Below are positions 63,251 through 64,000 of a stretch of DNA of 64,000 nucleotides, piece after piece. This DNA is from Octopus vulgaris (taxonomy: Eukaryota): NCBI GenBank assembly GCA_951406725.2, contig OX597821.1, positions 84,568,001-84,632,000 of the forward strand, read 5' to 3'. Made by a program: the position numbers and the translations under genes. The notes beneath the pieces are model-generated. The model did no database searches, was not told the origin of the DNA, and saw only the letters and a list, made by a program, of their open reading frames with translations. The stretch's first letter is position 1, and each line of letters opens with the position of its first letter.

Positions 63251-64000
63251 GCTGTACCAGACAGGTAGATAAGTATGTATTGTTTTTAAGAAGTTCACTT
63301 CCTGACATTAGTTTCGGGTTAAATTTTACTATGCAGTAACTTGGGCAAACATCTTCTACCACAGCCAGGGGTCGACCAAAGGCTGGTGAGTGGAATCTAG
63401 TCGGCGGAAACTGTAGGGAAACCTGCCCGAATGACAGCTTCAGTACATGTGCAGTAAACTTAGTCCATCACTTAATTAACTCCACCATTGAATGCCTTTA
63501 ACGAAATACAAACTGTTGCAAGCATTCTGGCTGGTCTGAGGATAACTTCCGCTTTGCAATCAGTGTTATTAACGGTCCTTGAAGGGGTTCTGGGCACTGC
63601 ATTTCCTCCATTAATTAAATTATATGAAAATGAAATAAAATGCAGACTTCGATCTATGATTGAGCTTCTCCATTCGCTTCTCATCAAATATCTGTGAAAC
63701 AACTTACCGTTACTCCCCTCTAAAATATTGATCACTTGTATGATGGCCCCAACACACAACGGAGGTTGTGAGGCAGAATAAGCATAACCGAGACTTCCCA
63801 TTCTCTGGAAAATGAATAAAATAAAATAAAATATAAAAAACTCGATGGCAATAATTATTTTTTAAAAATAAAATTGTAACATCTCCTAATATAATAATGG
63901 GTAAAATGTAAAGCTTTGTATAAGCTTATACAAAACTTTACATTTTACTTTTGACAATCTTTTTATTAAAAAAGTGAAACCGGTCAAGTCAATAAACATC

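Overview
AT-rich, repeat-dense eukaryotic (animal) genomic DNA. The tRNA-derived SINE families and (TA)n/(CA)n load resemble coleoid cephalopod (Octopus-like) genomes; this is an inference. Two host genes are visible. (1) The 5' part of a multi-exon minus-strand gene (exons from ~23.3 kb down to 243, continuing off the left edge), missed by the ORF track. It splices in frame into a ~259-aa N-terminus with an FHA domain, an N-terminal TQ, an SDTE motif and TQxF/TQxY motifs, which fits an MDC1 orthologue. (2) An intronless, intact but divergent actin (54636..55766, minus strand). The rest is mobile DNA: a frameshifted Buster/Charlie-type hAT transposon, hAT/pogo/Merlin/piggyBac-like MITEs, non-autonomous Helitrons, RTE/CR1 LINE 3' fragments, at least four SINE families, and mini/microsatellites. 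The most unusual signal is a set of long fold-back (palindromic) elements. One joins a tRNA-like Pol III head to a minimal type I hammerhead ribozyme (432..854). Another carries a hammerhead fold with a compensatory G3-C8 core swap (30530..30580). Together they suggest Penelope/retrozyme-like ribozyme-bearing retroelements.
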